DNA of 64,000 nucleotides from Alphaproteobacteria bacterium (GTDB taxonomy: Bacteria; Pseudomonadota; Alphaproteobacteria; UBA828), in contig CBDCCI010000002.1 of NCBI GenBank assembly GCA_965214705.1, positions 864,001 through 928,000 on the forward strand, given 5' to 3'. The notes under the pieces are model-generated. The model ran no database searches and was not told where the DNA came from. It worked only from the letters and a program-made list of their open reading frames with translations. Positions 47,559 through 57,692 of this stretch are shown one piece after another (position 1 is the stretch's first letter; every line of letters begins with the position of its first letter). The position numbers were made by a program, and so were the translations under genes.

Positions 47559-50500
47559 ATGGTCGCCACGGTCGTCGAGCTTCGTTCGTCCGCCATGGCG
47601 GTGACCTACTACGAGCGCGACGGCTACTACGCAAAGAACGATCCCGAGCACCGCCAGGCGAGCTTCTGGTACGGGGACGCGGCGAAGGCGCTCGGGCTCA
47701 AGGCCCATGTGCGTCCCTCGCGCTTCGAATCAGTGCTGTCGGGATACGTGCCGGGCATGGACCTGCGTCTCGGCCGGATGCGCGAGGGGGAGCACGATCA
47801 CCGGCCCGGCTGGGACATCACCCTGTCCGCGCCGAAGTCGGTATCGCTGGAGGCGCTGGTGATGGGCGACCGCCGGGTGATCCGGGCTCACGACGAGGCG
47901 GTGCGCGCGACACTCCAGTTCGTAGAGACGGACCTTCTGCAGACCCGGGGCTGGGACCCCGCGACCCGGCGCCGTCCCCGGGTGAAGGCGGAGGGCATGG
48001 TGGTGGCGGGGTTCCGCCATCTCGCGAGCCGCGACCAGGACCCCCAGCTGCACACCCACTGCGTGCTGGCCAACATGACGCGCAATGGGTCCGGGGAATG
48101 GCGGAGCGTGGAGCCGACGAAGATCCGCCGCAGCGAGAAGCTGATCGGAGCATTTTACCGGAACGAGCTTGTGCTACGTCTCCAGGCGCTCGGCATGGCC
48201 GTCTCGCCGACCCTCGTGGGACGGGTGCCGGGGTTCGAGCTTGCGGGCTACGACCGCGCCTTCCTGGACGCGTTCTCGGGCAGGCGCCGCGAGATTCTCG
48301 CGTACCTGGAGCGCCAGGACCTGTCCTACTCGGCGAAGCACACGCAGATGGCGGCGCTGCACACACGCCGGCGCAAGGAGGACAAGGGCCTCGCGGACCT
48401 GGTGCCGGAATGGCGCGAACGGGCGCGGGCACTGGGTCTGGTCCGGGAGAAGACGGCCCTCGCGCCGTCCCGGCCGCTCGACCCGGTGACCGGCGAGCGG
48501 GTGACAGTGCCGCGTGCGCCCCCACCCGACCTGCCGGCCAACGAGATCCGCAGCCTGAAGCGCGCGCCGGCGCTGCCGGCGCTGCCGAGGCAGCCCCGCG
48601 ACGGCGTTGCCGCGTCGGCGGGGGTGAATCCCACGCCCCCTCGCTCACCGGCACCGGCGGAGCTGTCGCAGGAGCCCGAGCGGGGCGTCCTGGAGGCGGT
48701 GGCGCGTGCGGTGGCGCACGTTGCGGAGAGGCGCACCGCGATCCCGGAGGCCGAGATCCGGGCGGTGGCGCTGGGCCATGCACCGGGGCGCTACACCCTG
48801 GCCGAGGTCGACGGGGCGATTTCACGGCTGGTGTCCGGGGGCGAGCTGATCGAGGCGGAACGCCGGGGCATGGACCGGGCCTTCGTCACCGACCGCGCGG
48901 TGAAGGCCGAACGCCAGGTGCTGGCGTCGATGCGGTCGGGGCGCGGCAAGCGGCCGGCGCTGGCCGGCGCGGATGCCGTGGAGGCGCGGCTCGGGGCGTC
49001 GCGTCTCACCCGGGGCCAGAGGGAGGCGGTCCGCACGGTGCTGCTGTCGAGCGATCTCACGGTCGGCGTGCAGGGCCATGCGGGCAGCGGCAAGACCACC
49101 ATGCTGAGGGAGGTGAAGGCGCTTCTCGGAGGCAGGACGATACAGGGCCTCGCGCCCTCGGCCGCCGCCGCCCGGGTTCTCGCCAGAGAGGCGGACATCC
49201 CGTCCAGGACGCTGCAGCACTTCCTGACCCGCTTCAACGATCTCTCCGACCCGGCGCGGCTGGCGCGGGGCCGTGAGGAGTACGGGGGCGCGGTGCTGGC
49301 GGTAGACGAGGCGTCGATGATCGACACCGTGCGCATGGAGGCGCTGCTGCGCATCGCGCGCGATCTGAATGTCGCGCGGGTGGCGCTGGTGGGCGACACC
49401 GCGCAGCTGAAGGGGGTGGATGCGGGCCAGCCCTTCCGTCTGCTGCAGAAGGCGGGCATGGCGACGGCGACCATGGACGAGGTGCTGCGCCAGCGCGACC
49501 CGGAGCTGCGCGCGACGGTGGGTCTTGCCCGGGAGGGGGAGCCGGGCGCGGCGATCGCGGCGCTGGGCAACCGGGTGCGCGAAGCACGGCGCGAGGAGCT
49601 CGGCATCGAGGCGGCGCGGCGCTGGCTCGCGCTGGCGCCGGAGGACCGCGCGGACACCCTGATCCTCGCGCCGACGCACGCGATCCGCCGGCAGGCAAAC
49701 GAGGCGGTGCGCGAGGGGCTCGCGGAGGAAGGCGTGCTGAGGAGCCGCACGCTCGCCGTCGACCGCCTGGTTGACCGGCGGCTCACCCGTGCGCTGGCTT
49801 CCGATATCCGCAGCTACGAGCCCGGAGACACCATAGTGTTCCACCGCGACGTCTTCGGCTGCCGCGCGAACGACGTCTGCACCGTCATGGGCTACGACGG
49901 CGGCAGGGTCGTATTGGCCCACGCCGAGGGCGAGCGCCGGTTCCGGCCCTCGGGCAATGCGGCGCGCTATCTGGGCCTCTACGACACCGAGCGGATCGAG
50001 CTGCGCGCCGGCGACCTGATCCGCTGGACGCGCAACCGCAAGGCCCCGCCCGGCCGCGGCAGGCATCCCCGGGGGCCGGACCTGGTCAACGGCGGCGAGG
50101 CGGAGATCGTGGAGATCGGCTACAGGCGGGTGCGCTTCCGCGAGGGCGGCCGGGAGTTCGGTCTTGCGCTTACCGACCCGCAGCTGCGCCATCTGGATCA
50201 TGCCTACTGTTCCACCGTGCATTCTGCGCAGGGCCGGACGGCGCGGGCGGCGATCGCGGTGCTGGACGCGGGCGCCGGGGCCGACCGCGAGCTGTTCCAT
50301 GTCGAGCTCAGCCGGGTCTCGGAAGAGTTCCTGCTGCTGACCGACGACCGCGACGCGCTGATCGAGAGCATGGCATACGACCGGAGCGAGGACGGGGCGC
50401 TGGAGGCGCTGGGGATCGACCTCTCCGAGCCCCCCGTGGTGGACCCCGAAGAGTTCGCGGTGCTGGCGAGCGACTGGCAGGCGCTCCTGCGGGAGGGCGA

Positions 50501-52337
50501 GGCGGCGAACACCGTTCCGTTCCTCCTCCCGGGCTACCGGGACACGATGGCCCAGGCTGCTGCGCTCGCGCAGATCGAGGACCTGCCGGAGGACATGCGC
50601 CGCCTCACCGGCACCATGCTGGCGAAACACGAGCAGCATCTCGCGCACGACCGCGAGGTGCAGGGCCTCGTCGGGCGCGTGCGCGACCACTGGCGGCGCT
50701 GGCCGGAGCTCGGTTGGGCTGCCTCCTCGCAAGGAGTGCCGGTGGAGGAGCTTCCCGCACACGCTGCTTGGCGCGAGGAAGGGGCGGCGCTCCTGGAGGC
50801 CGCAGCCCGGCTCGGGGCGGACGGCGAGGCAGCACCCCATCTGCATGCCATGCCTGGCGGGCGCGCCGGCCTGGAAGACGCCGTCGATATGCTCGAACGC
50901 ACGCGGCTCCTCGACGATGCCGGACGGTTCGAACGGGCGTGGCACGCGCTCCGCGAACGGGCTGCGGAGAGCGTCATCCCGGAGATTTACGCGCCGGGCT
51001 ACCGGCAGGTGGCGCAGCTTGGCGAGAATCTCGCGGCCGCCGAGAGGCTCGACGCGCAGGCCCAGCGCGCGGTGGCGGAATGGCGGGAGGTCGATGCGGC
51101 GCAGACGGCGCTGGCGGACGAGGTGCGCACCCTGCCCGGCCGCATCGCGGCGTGGCAGGCGGTGGTCCTGCCACAGGACGAGCCCGGCGGGCTCGAGCCG
51201 GACCATCCCGCGCGCCTCGCTTGGCGCGAGGAAGGCGCCGCACTGGAGGCCATGGCCGGGGACATGCTGCGCCCGGAAGACGTCCATGCGCCCTACCTGG
51301 ACGCCGAGCCGGATGCGCGCGAGGCCGTCCGGCAGGCGGCCGAAGAAGTCGCCGACTCGCTCCGGCACGACCGCTACCGGGCATTCGGGTGGCTGACGAA
51401 GGAGGTAAACCGGCAGGCGCGAGAAACCGGAACCGAGGCGTTCCATGTGCCGCGCTACGGCGAGATGATCGCACAGGCCGAGGCGCTCTCCGCGCAGGCG
51501 GCGCTGCCGGCGCGCACGCAGGAGGTTGTCGCCTCGTGGCTCGACTACCATGCCCGGTGCGAACCGGTCTGCCGGCAGATCCGGGAATGGCCCGCACGGC
51601 TTGACGCGCTGACGGCGGACTGCCCCGAACGCCCCGCGAGGCTCGTGTCCCTGACCGAGTGGCGCCAGCAGGCGGAGCCCCTGCTCGCCGATGCCCGTGC
51701 GATGCTGGCAAACGACGCCCCCCACGCGCCCCATCTGGCAGCCATGCCGGACGAGCGCAAGGCGCTGGCCGAGGGAACGAACCGCCTCGACCGCGAACTG
51801 ATTGAGGTCGAGGCACGGGAGACGGACGTGCTGTCTTCGGTCGTGCAGCAGTGGGCGGAGAAGACGGGCGGTATCGGCTTCGATAGCCGCGACTATGCCG
51901 CGCTGATGGAGCGCGCACGCTCCCTCGATGCCAGGCCGCATCTGCCGGAGGGTCTGCGCGAGAGGGTCGACGTCCTTCTCTTCAGGGACGAACGCTGGGC
52001 GATCGACCGGGATCGGGTCGAAGCATTCCTCGAGCGGGCTGCGGAGGCCGAGAGTGCGCGGCAAGTCATGACGCAGCAGCGCGTCACGACCAACTCGTTC
52101 GAGGAGCGTCGACAGGCCCGGCGAGACTGCCGGCAGAAGGAGAAGGAGGTTCTCGACGAGGCGGCGGCAATCAGGAAGGACATGCCGCAACACGAGCTCG
52201 CCGCCCATCTGGGCGCCGCCGGCGCAGGCCCGGACGCGGTCCAAAAGCGCGAAGAGGAGATCCGCAACAGGATCGCCCGGGAACAGGAAAAGCAGGCCGC
52301 CCTGCGAATGAGCCGGGACCGGGGAATGTCGATGTAA
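47559..52337 (+). CDS. MOBF relaxase-helicase (TrwC/TraI-like) with repetitive C-terminal extension
   Basis: YYERDGYY, DITLSAPKSVS, HLASRDQDPQLHTH (3H), Walker A GHAGSGKTT, VDEAS, TVHSAQGRT. Confidence 0.95.
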   Translation: MVATVVELRSSAMAVTYYERDGYYAKNDPEHRQASFWYGDAAKALGLKAHVRPSRFESVLSGYVPGMDLRLGRMREGEHDHRPGWDITLSAPKSVSLEALVMGDRRVIRAHDEAVRATLQFVETDLLQTRGWDPATRRRPRVKAEGMVVAGFRHLASRDQDPQLHTHCVLANMTRNGSGEWRSVEPTKIRRSEKLIGAFYRNELVLRLQALGMAVSPTLVGRVPGFELAGYDRAFLDAFSGRRREILAYLERQDLSYSAKHTQMAALHTRRRKEDKGLADLVPEWRERARALGLVREKTALAPSRPLDPVTGERVTVPRAPPPDLPANEIRSLKRAPALPALPRQPRDGVAASAGVNPTPPRSPAPAELSQEPERGVLEAVARAVAHVAERRTAIPEAEIRAVALGHAPGRYTLAEVDGAISRLVSGGELIEAERRGMDRAFVTDRAVKAERQVLASMRSGRGKRPALAGADAVEARLGASRLTRGQREAVRTVLLSSDLTVGVQGHAGSGKTTMLREVKALLGGRTIQGLAPSAAAARVLAREADIPSRTLQHFLTRFNDLSDPARLARGREEYGGAVLAVDEASMIDTVRMEALLRIARDLNVARVALVGDTAQLKGVDAGQPFRLLQKAGMATATMDEVLRQRDPELRATVGLAREGEPGAAIAALGNRVREARREELGIEAARRWLALAPEDRADTLILAPTHAIRRQANEAVREGLAEEGVLRSRTLAVDRLVDRRLTRALASDIRSYEPGDTIVFHRDVFGCRANDVCTVMGYDGGRVVLAHAEGERRFRPSGNAARYLGLYDTERIELRAGDLIRWTRNRKAPPGRGRHPRGPDLVNGGEAEIVEIGYRRVRFREGGREFGLALTDPQLRHLDHAYCSTVHSAQGRTARAAIAVLDAGAGADRELFHVELSRVSEEFLLLTDDRDALIESMAYDRSEDGALEALGIDLSEPPVVDPEEFAVLASDWQALLREGEAANTVPFLLPGYRDTMAQAAALAQIEDLPEDMRRLTGTMLAKHEQHLAHDREVQGLVGRVRDHWRRWPELGWAASSQGVPVEELPAHAAWREEGAALLEAAARLGADGEAAPHLHAMPGGRAGLEDAVDMLERTRLLDDAGRFERAWHALRERAAESVIPEIYAPGYRQVAQLGENLAAAERLDAQAQRAVAEWREVDAAQTALADEVRTLPGRIAAWQAVVLPQDEPGGLEPDHPARLAWREEGAALEAMAGDMLRPEDVHAPYLDAEPDAREAVRQAAEEVADSLRHDRYRAFGWLTKEVNRQARETGTEAFHVPRYGEMIAQAEALSAQAALPARTQEVVASWLDYHARCEPVCRQIREWPARLDALTADCPERPARLVSLTEWRQQAEPLLADARAMLANDAPHAPHLAAMPDERKALAEGTNRLDRELIEVEARETDVLSSVVQQWAEKTGGIGFDSRDYAALMERARSLDARPHLPEGLRERVDVLLFRDERWAIDRDRVEAFLERAAEAESARQVMTQQRVTTNSFEERRQARRDCRQKEKEVLDEAAAIRKDMPQHELAAHLGAAGAGPDAVQKREEEIRNRIAREQEKQAALRMSRDRGMSM

Positions 52338-52793
52338 GCGTGGAACGCAGCAGGCGCAGACCGCCGCGTCCGTGCGGACCGCAGGCCATGGTGTCGAGGC
52401 GGGGCGCCGTTCCGATTCGTGGCGGCCTTCTGACTCGCAGGGGAACAACTTGTGGCATATGTCCTCATGTACAGGGACGTGTGAGCGTGCTGATTATCGG
52501 TGGTTCGTTCCCGAGTGTTTCACGTCTCCGCATAGCCACTCTGCCATCTGGCCTCGCCCATTCAGTCGACGGTCTCCTTGGCCAGACCTTCGCCCTCGCC
52601 TATCATCACTCTCATTTACGACTCGTGGGCAGCCCGCTTCGCCGGGTCGCCCGCCAAATACAGCGGCCCTAGACCCGGCACGGGGTAGCCCTTGGTGCTT
52701 GGCAAATTGGCGGGACCTCACGTGACCCACGTGTCGTAAGCACGGCCCGGCACCAGTGCCGGGTCGAAACAACGAATGACGCGAGGTACGGCT

Positions 52794-53237
52794 ATGAGGA
52801 CTCTCGTGTACGCCGCTGCGGTCGCGTCTCTGTTCGCGGGGAGCGCTGCCGCCGGGCCGTGCGACGAGGCCGAGCGCGGTACCTACCTGAGCAACGTCTG
52901 CTGGCTAGTCAATACTCACGCGAACAATAGAGTATTCGTTTACGAGAGAAGCATAATCGAGGCCAACGAAGAAAATTGCACGATCACGCTCGTGAGAAAC
53001 CAGGACGACGACAATCCGCTGAAGATCTACTTCAATCGAGCAAATCTGCGGGACATTGAGACGCGCATCGTTGATGGTAAGAACTGTCTCTATCTTTATG
53101 GAGAAGAGCTTGTAGAGGAAACGCGCGGATACGGCGAATACGTCGCATTCTGCGGTCGTAAATCAATGGAGCGCGTTGAAGCCGCCGCGGTCAACCTCTA
53201 CGCAAAGTACTGCACGGGAAGGGTGTCGGAGTTCTGA
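52794..53237 (+). CDS. Small secreted Cys-containing hypothetical protein
   Basis: Signal peptide MRTLVYAAAVASLFAGSAAA; six Cys in the mature part. Confidence 0.7.
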   Translation: MRTLVYAAAVASLFAGSAAAGPCDEAERGTYLSNVCWLVNTHANNRVFVYERSIIEANEENCTITLVRNQDDDNPLKIYFNRANLRDIETRIVDGKNCLYLYGEELVEETRGYGEYVAFCGRKSMERVEAAAVNLYAKYCTGRVSEF

Positions 53238-53355
53238 ATGGACCCAGACATGATGATGGAGATGAAGCTCGTGCGAGAGCGAGACGAGGTAGCGGTTGCG
53301 AGCATTTCACCATCGTCTATGTTCTCTTCTACCTTTTCACAGAAAGGACGCAACA

Positions 53356-54153
53356 ATGACACAACCGGAGTTAGGACCAGCATGCCGCGCTGTATCCCAA
53401 CTGTGGGATGACGCTGTGCAGATGTTTCTGGATAGTGGTGAACGGCCGCCGCATCTTGATTCGTGGTTTCGGTCTTACCGGGGCGGCGGTAAAGGCGCTG
53501 TTGAACGAAACGCCATGCCTGAACCATTTCTGGGTTCGCTGGCGACCAAGCCGAGGGGTGTTATCCTCGCTCTAAATCCTGGAAAGGCCGATCTTTGCTT
53601 CCAGGGACGCACCGGCATCTTCGCTGACGAGATTCGGACCAACGGCGGCTCTTACACGAGGTGGGCAGCATCGTGGCCTTATTTCCGGGAGGCGTGGATC
53701 GAACGAAAGCGGCGGAACCAACATCATGAGAGGCGCCTCCAGTTCATTCGCAACTGGCTTGACGACCAAGAGTTGTCGCATAGCGCGATGGTCTCCTTCG
53801 AACTGTACCCTTGGCACAGCGATCGTTTCTCCGGCAGACTGGATTGCGAGGCCGCAGGCAAGTTCTTTGCGGGTCATATACGGGACGCCCTTGTGGAACT
53901 CGACGCACCCGTATTCGCCTTCGGCGCGCGATGGTTTCCGATCCTCAAACACGCGCGGTCCGGTCTTGAGGTTGACGAACGGCTGGATGGAGAACGGCCA
54001 TATTGCAGCTGTGTGGCAAGCCGCAGGGTTATGCTCCTACGAGGAGACGGCGGGCTAAATGTGATCGCGGTCAAGCAAATGGGGTATGCGGGTCCACCGA
54101 GCCGCGACGAGACCCTCCGGTTGCGCGATGTTGTGACCGACATCTGCTCCTGA
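53356..54153 (+). CDS. UDG-superfamily protein resembling anti-phage DNA glycosylase Brig1
   Basis: PEPFLG, ILALNPG, FQGRTGIFADEI, WAASWPY, FELYPWHS, VFAFG; 265 aa; AAAGGA RBS; family assignment from memory of motifs. Confidence 0.7.
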   Translation: MTQPELGPACRAVSQLWDDAVQMFLDSGERPPHLDSWFRSYRGGGKGAVERNAMPEPFLGSLATKPRGVILALNPGKADLCFQGRTGIFADEIRTNGGSYTRWAASWPYFREAWIERKRRNQHHERRLQFIRNWLDDQELSHSAMVSFELYPWHSDRFSGRLDCEAAGKFFAGHIRDALVELDAPVFAFGARWFPILKHARSGLEVDERLDGERPYCSCVASRRVMLLRGDGGLNVIAVKQMGYAGPPSRDETLRLRDVVTDICS

Positions 54154-54486
54154 TCCGGCCCGCCGCAGCTCTCATGCTGCTAACAACGAGGACCTCAAGA
54201 ATCCCCTGGCGGCACCCCCGGATCGCGAAATAGACTATAGCGCTCGTAGGCCGAATAGGGGTCTGGATTGAATGCTGACTGACAGTGTAGCGCTACACCG
54301 ACAAACAAAATGTGCGCAGCCTGTGGCGTTCGGAGATCTGCCGCTGGCGATGGTGCTTCACGTTCGAGAGACCGCTCTGGGTCGGAAGATCGCGAAGATC
54401 AGCTTGACTTCAAGCGCCCCGTTACGAAGACTTGCGAAGCTCAGTACTCGACTTCAGCCGCCCTTCCGGAATCAGAGAGGCCCCTC

Positions 54487-55341
54487 TTGGCAAAAGGTAA
54501 CAACGGAAACTACCTACAGCATTGCGTTGAAGTCGAATCGGCGGCGCTTCTTGCGCAGATAAGTCCCAACCGCATGCTCCATGTCGCGCTGACGCATGGC
54601 ATGGCACCGTTCGAGCAGATCGGCGAACCCAACGGCAATGCCTACTGTCTCCTTTACGGTACGTTGTGCGAGGCTGCTGGCGAATCCAAATGCAACGAAC
54701 GGAAGATTGTGAAGGCGTATAGGGTGTCATGAAAATGGCACGGATACCAGCCTGACATTGCGAATCTGTTCGATGACTTGAAGACGGAAAAGCACTACCC
54801 CAACTCCGCGGAGCTATTACGCACGATCATTGGAACAAACCGGTTATCCGGTAGTATAACGGACCGAGATAAGGCTAAGTGCAAGGAACTTGCAGCGGCT
54901 TGGGCCGATTCAGGAATTGTTGTCGCCCGATCGTTATGGCGCAAGCAACTGAATCCGGGCGGCGCGCTGAGCTGCCCGGACCATCTGGATGCGCCTTGGC
55001 TGTTTTCCATGGACCCGATGACCTATTCGGAAAACGGCGACAACGATGATGCGTATCTGCATCGCTCAGATTTAGACCTGCTGGCACCTGCGCTTGAACA
55101 ATACGTCTGCAGCGGCCAGCCCGGCATTGCATCTCTGTTCGTGTACGGTGTAGGTAGCCACGCGAACCGACAACGCCAATTCTGGGCATTCATGGACGAA
55201 CTGGCTAAGCGGCTGGGTTTGCAGACTCTTTCCTATAGGACTGCCCATCGCGGTGGAAATCTCAATTTGGCTGGCTTGTTGTGTTCAGATCACCAACTGG
55301 CTGTAGGCTTTGATCTTCCTGACCTTAAGGAAGGCCGATGA
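54487..55341 (+). pseudogene. Divergent RlmJ-like SAM-dependent methyltransferase interrupted by an in-frame TGA at 54730-54732
   Basis: ORFs 54310-54732 and 54778-55341 share a frame; motifs GNNGNYLQH, ALTHG, HYPNS, SMDPMTY. Confidence 0.5.
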
Positions 55342-55392
55342 GGGCAGAATAATCGTGTCGGCACGCACGATGTTTTTCCAAGTATCGCGAAC

Positions 55393-56358
55393 ATGAGGAT
55401 GCAGTTGGCTATATATACGAACCTGAGCGCTGCGTGCAGGTGGAATCCATGGAGGGCGTTTTCCGAGCAGTTGAGGCGAGCAGCCCTTCTTCTTACCTTG
55501 CTGTTCCTCGTGCTCGAAGGCGCAGCGGCGGAAGAGGGTGCTGGAAGCGAACCTCCTTACGGCAGCGAGGAACTCGCACGACAGGCCGCAGATTGGGATG
55601 TGTTCAACAGCGGGATCCAGCAAGAGTTGCGTCTGCTAGTCGATAAAGGTCTTATTGACAAAGAAGCTTTCAACCCGGCCCCATCTACGTCGTCGAAATG
55701 GTGGGACGAACAGGGGACGAAAGGCAAAGCGTTACGAGCTCGCATCGTCCGTAAGCTTAGGGCTAATCCCTTAATGGAAGGCGCGTCGAACTTAAGCCTG
55801 TGGTTTATGGTGGGGCTCCTGGAACAAGGCGCCCGCGTTAGAGCAACGGTTAAAGACCTAAAGGTCAAGTCCCCAAATAACGCTCCCTTTGCGAGCGGTT
55901 TTGGTCCTGGAAGCGAGCGTGAGCGGTTTGGTCTGTGGACAGAGTGTAGGCCGCTATGGCCCGAACTGTTTTTGAATTCGAAAGATGACAATTTCGAGGT
56001 TTCGATCCGCGCCGCGGTGGAGAGCAGGCTACGTGGGGCGAGGCTCTATGGCGGCTTGACGAGGAGCAGTACGGGCGAGGACTTCGTCCCCAGCGGCGAA
56101 CCTCTGCAAGTTGTAGTGAACCTCGGCAGCGGCTTGTTTAGCGTTAGCGTGGGACTGCAAAAGCGCCTGTTTGATCCGATTACAGGGTTGCGGAGTTTTG
56201 CTTACGCGGATTATGGCGGCGGAGGCTATAGCAGTTTCGGTGCCGGTCCGCCGGAATTCGTGCATTCCGTACTCTCCGACCACTTGGATAGGTTTATCGC
56301 CGACTACCTGCGCGTCAACGCGGACGCGTGCGGCGGTCCGTCGGAGGTGGCGAAGTGA
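55393..56358 (+). CDS. Hypothetical protein, probably exported
   Basis: LRRAALLLTLLFLVLEGAAA signal-like segment (start may be TTG at 55471); C-terminal ESRLRGARLY...YLRVNADAC block. Confidence 0.65.
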   Translation: MRMQLAIYTNLSAACRWNPWRAFSEQLRRAALLLTLLFLVLEGAAAEEGAGSEPPYGSEELARQAADWDVFNSGIQQELRLLVDKGLIDKEAFNPAPSTSSKWWDEQGTKGKALRARIVRKLRANPLMEGASNLSLWFMVGLLEQGARVRATVKDLKVKSPNNAPFASGFGPGSERERFGLWTECRPLWPELFLNSKDDNFEVSIRAAVESRLRGARLYGGLTRSSTGEDFVPSGEPLQVVVNLGSGLFSVSVGLQKRLFDPITGLRSFAYADYGGGGYSSFGAGPPEFVHSVLSDHLDRFIADYLRVNADACGGPSEVAK

Positions 56359-56543
56359 TTGTTTGGACGGAATGCTACAGACGGTAGCATAAAGGATGAT
56401 TACAGCACGAGATGTCACTCGTTTGTTCCCGCCACGGTCTTTCGCGCCACCGCATGCCAAGCGCCTTATCCATACTTTGCGAGAGCAGGCAGCTTAATGA
56501 CTCTCAGATCGTGGTGCGGGTCGGAGAACGTCGTTCCCGCAAC

Positions 56544-57689
56544 CTACAACCCCATGATGTTTGCGATGGCCCGGCCCACCCTCTCCGCGGCGTTCTCGAT
56601 ATCCCGGTCCCCGAGGTGAGCGTAGCGCAGCGTCATGCGTACGTTGGAGTGGCCGAGCAGCCGGGAGACTACCGGCACCGGCACGCCGTTCATCACCGCG
56701 TGGCTCGCCACGGTATGACGCAGGTCATGAAGGCGCACGTCCTCGATGCCGGCTTCACGCCGCACCCGGTACCAGAGAGCGAGATAGCGGCTGCGCGGCC
56801 GCGACGGGTCGCGCGGCGAGGGAAAGACGAAGGGGCTTGTCCCGCGCGGCTGACGCCCGAGAACCGCGCGGGCCTTGGTGTTGAGAGGAACCGTCCTCCG
56901 GCCCGTCTTGCTTTCCTGGAGGATCAGGCGGTGGTCGTCGACTTCCGACCAGCGGAGCTGCACGATCTCGCCCCTGCGGCACCCGGTCAGAAGCAGCAGG
57001 CGGACGATGTCGGCCTGCTGCCGCTGGTCGCTTCCCGTTTGTCGGTCAAGCGCGCGGTGCAGACGATCGACTTCCTTGCGCGACAGGAAGCGGGTGAGCA
57101 CCGGGCGCCGGTTTCTCTGTATGTCGCGGGCCGGGTTGGTGTCGATGTGGCCGCGGGCGGCGGCGAAGTTCAGGATCTGCCGCAGGAGGGCGAGACCGTG
57201 ATTGGCGTTGCCGGGGGCGGTGCGGCTGAAGTCGTCGAACCAGCGTCTGATCTCGGCCGGGGAGATGCGGTCGAGCCGCTTCGAGCCGAAGGCCGGCAGG
57301 ATGCGGACGTCGAGCAGGCACCGGAAGGCACTCCTGGACGAAGGCTTGTATCTGTCGAAGTTGGCCTCCTTCCACTCGCCGGCGACAAAGTCGCGCAACA
57401 GGGGAACGGCACGCTTGGGAGCGGCCCTGTCCTCCGGTTCCGGCGCGGCCTGGCGGGCGAGGCAAGCGCGGCGCGCCTCGGCGACGCTCATGGTCTCCAC
57501 CGGGCCGAGCGAGATGCGTCTCGATCCGTCTGCGCTTTGCCGCAAGAGGACCCAGCTCTTTCCTCCGGTAGCTCGGACCCGGACCCCGAGCCCGCGCACC
57601 GTGGTATCCCAGACGGTATATTCCCGCTCGCCGGGCTGCAGCCGAGACACGGCGGCGTCGGTGATGCGCACGCGTTTCGGTCCTGCCAT
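56544..57689 (-). CDS. Tyrosine recombinase/integrase 2 with N-terminal arm-binding (DUF4102-like) domain
   Basis: WDTTVRGLGVRV...GGKSW; TGCRRGE, SKTG, HDLRHT, LLGH...LRY: all catalytic residues present. Confidence 0.95.
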   Translation of the reverse strand: MAGPKRVRITDAAVSRLQPGEREYTVWDTTVRGLGVRVRATGGKSWVLLRQSADGSRRISLGPVETMSVAEARRACLARQAAPEPEDRAAPKRAVPLLRDFVAGEWKEANFDRYKPSSRSAFRCLLDVRILPAFGSKRLDRISPAEIRRWFDDFSRTAPGNANHGLALLRQILNFAAARGHIDTNPARDIQRNRRPVLTRFLSRKEVDRLHRALDRQTGSDQRQQADIVRLLLLTGCRRGEIVQLRWSEVDDHRLILQESKTGRRTVPLNTKARAVLGRQPRGTSPFVFPSPRDPSRPRSRYLALWYRVRREAGIEDVRLHDLRHTVASHAVMNGVPVPVVSRLLGHSNVRMTLRYAHLGDRDIENAAERVGRAIANIMGL

Positions 57690-57692
57690 GGC

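Noticed and set aside
52340-52772. Short ORFs downstream of the relaxase
   Set aside because: They overlap each other and show no RBS, motif or coding-bias support.
54730-54732. Selenocysteine or TGA recoding at the in-frame TGAs (54730 and 7573)
   Set aside because: Many core genes here end in TGA, neither position is in a Cys or redox motif, and no SECIS was recognised.
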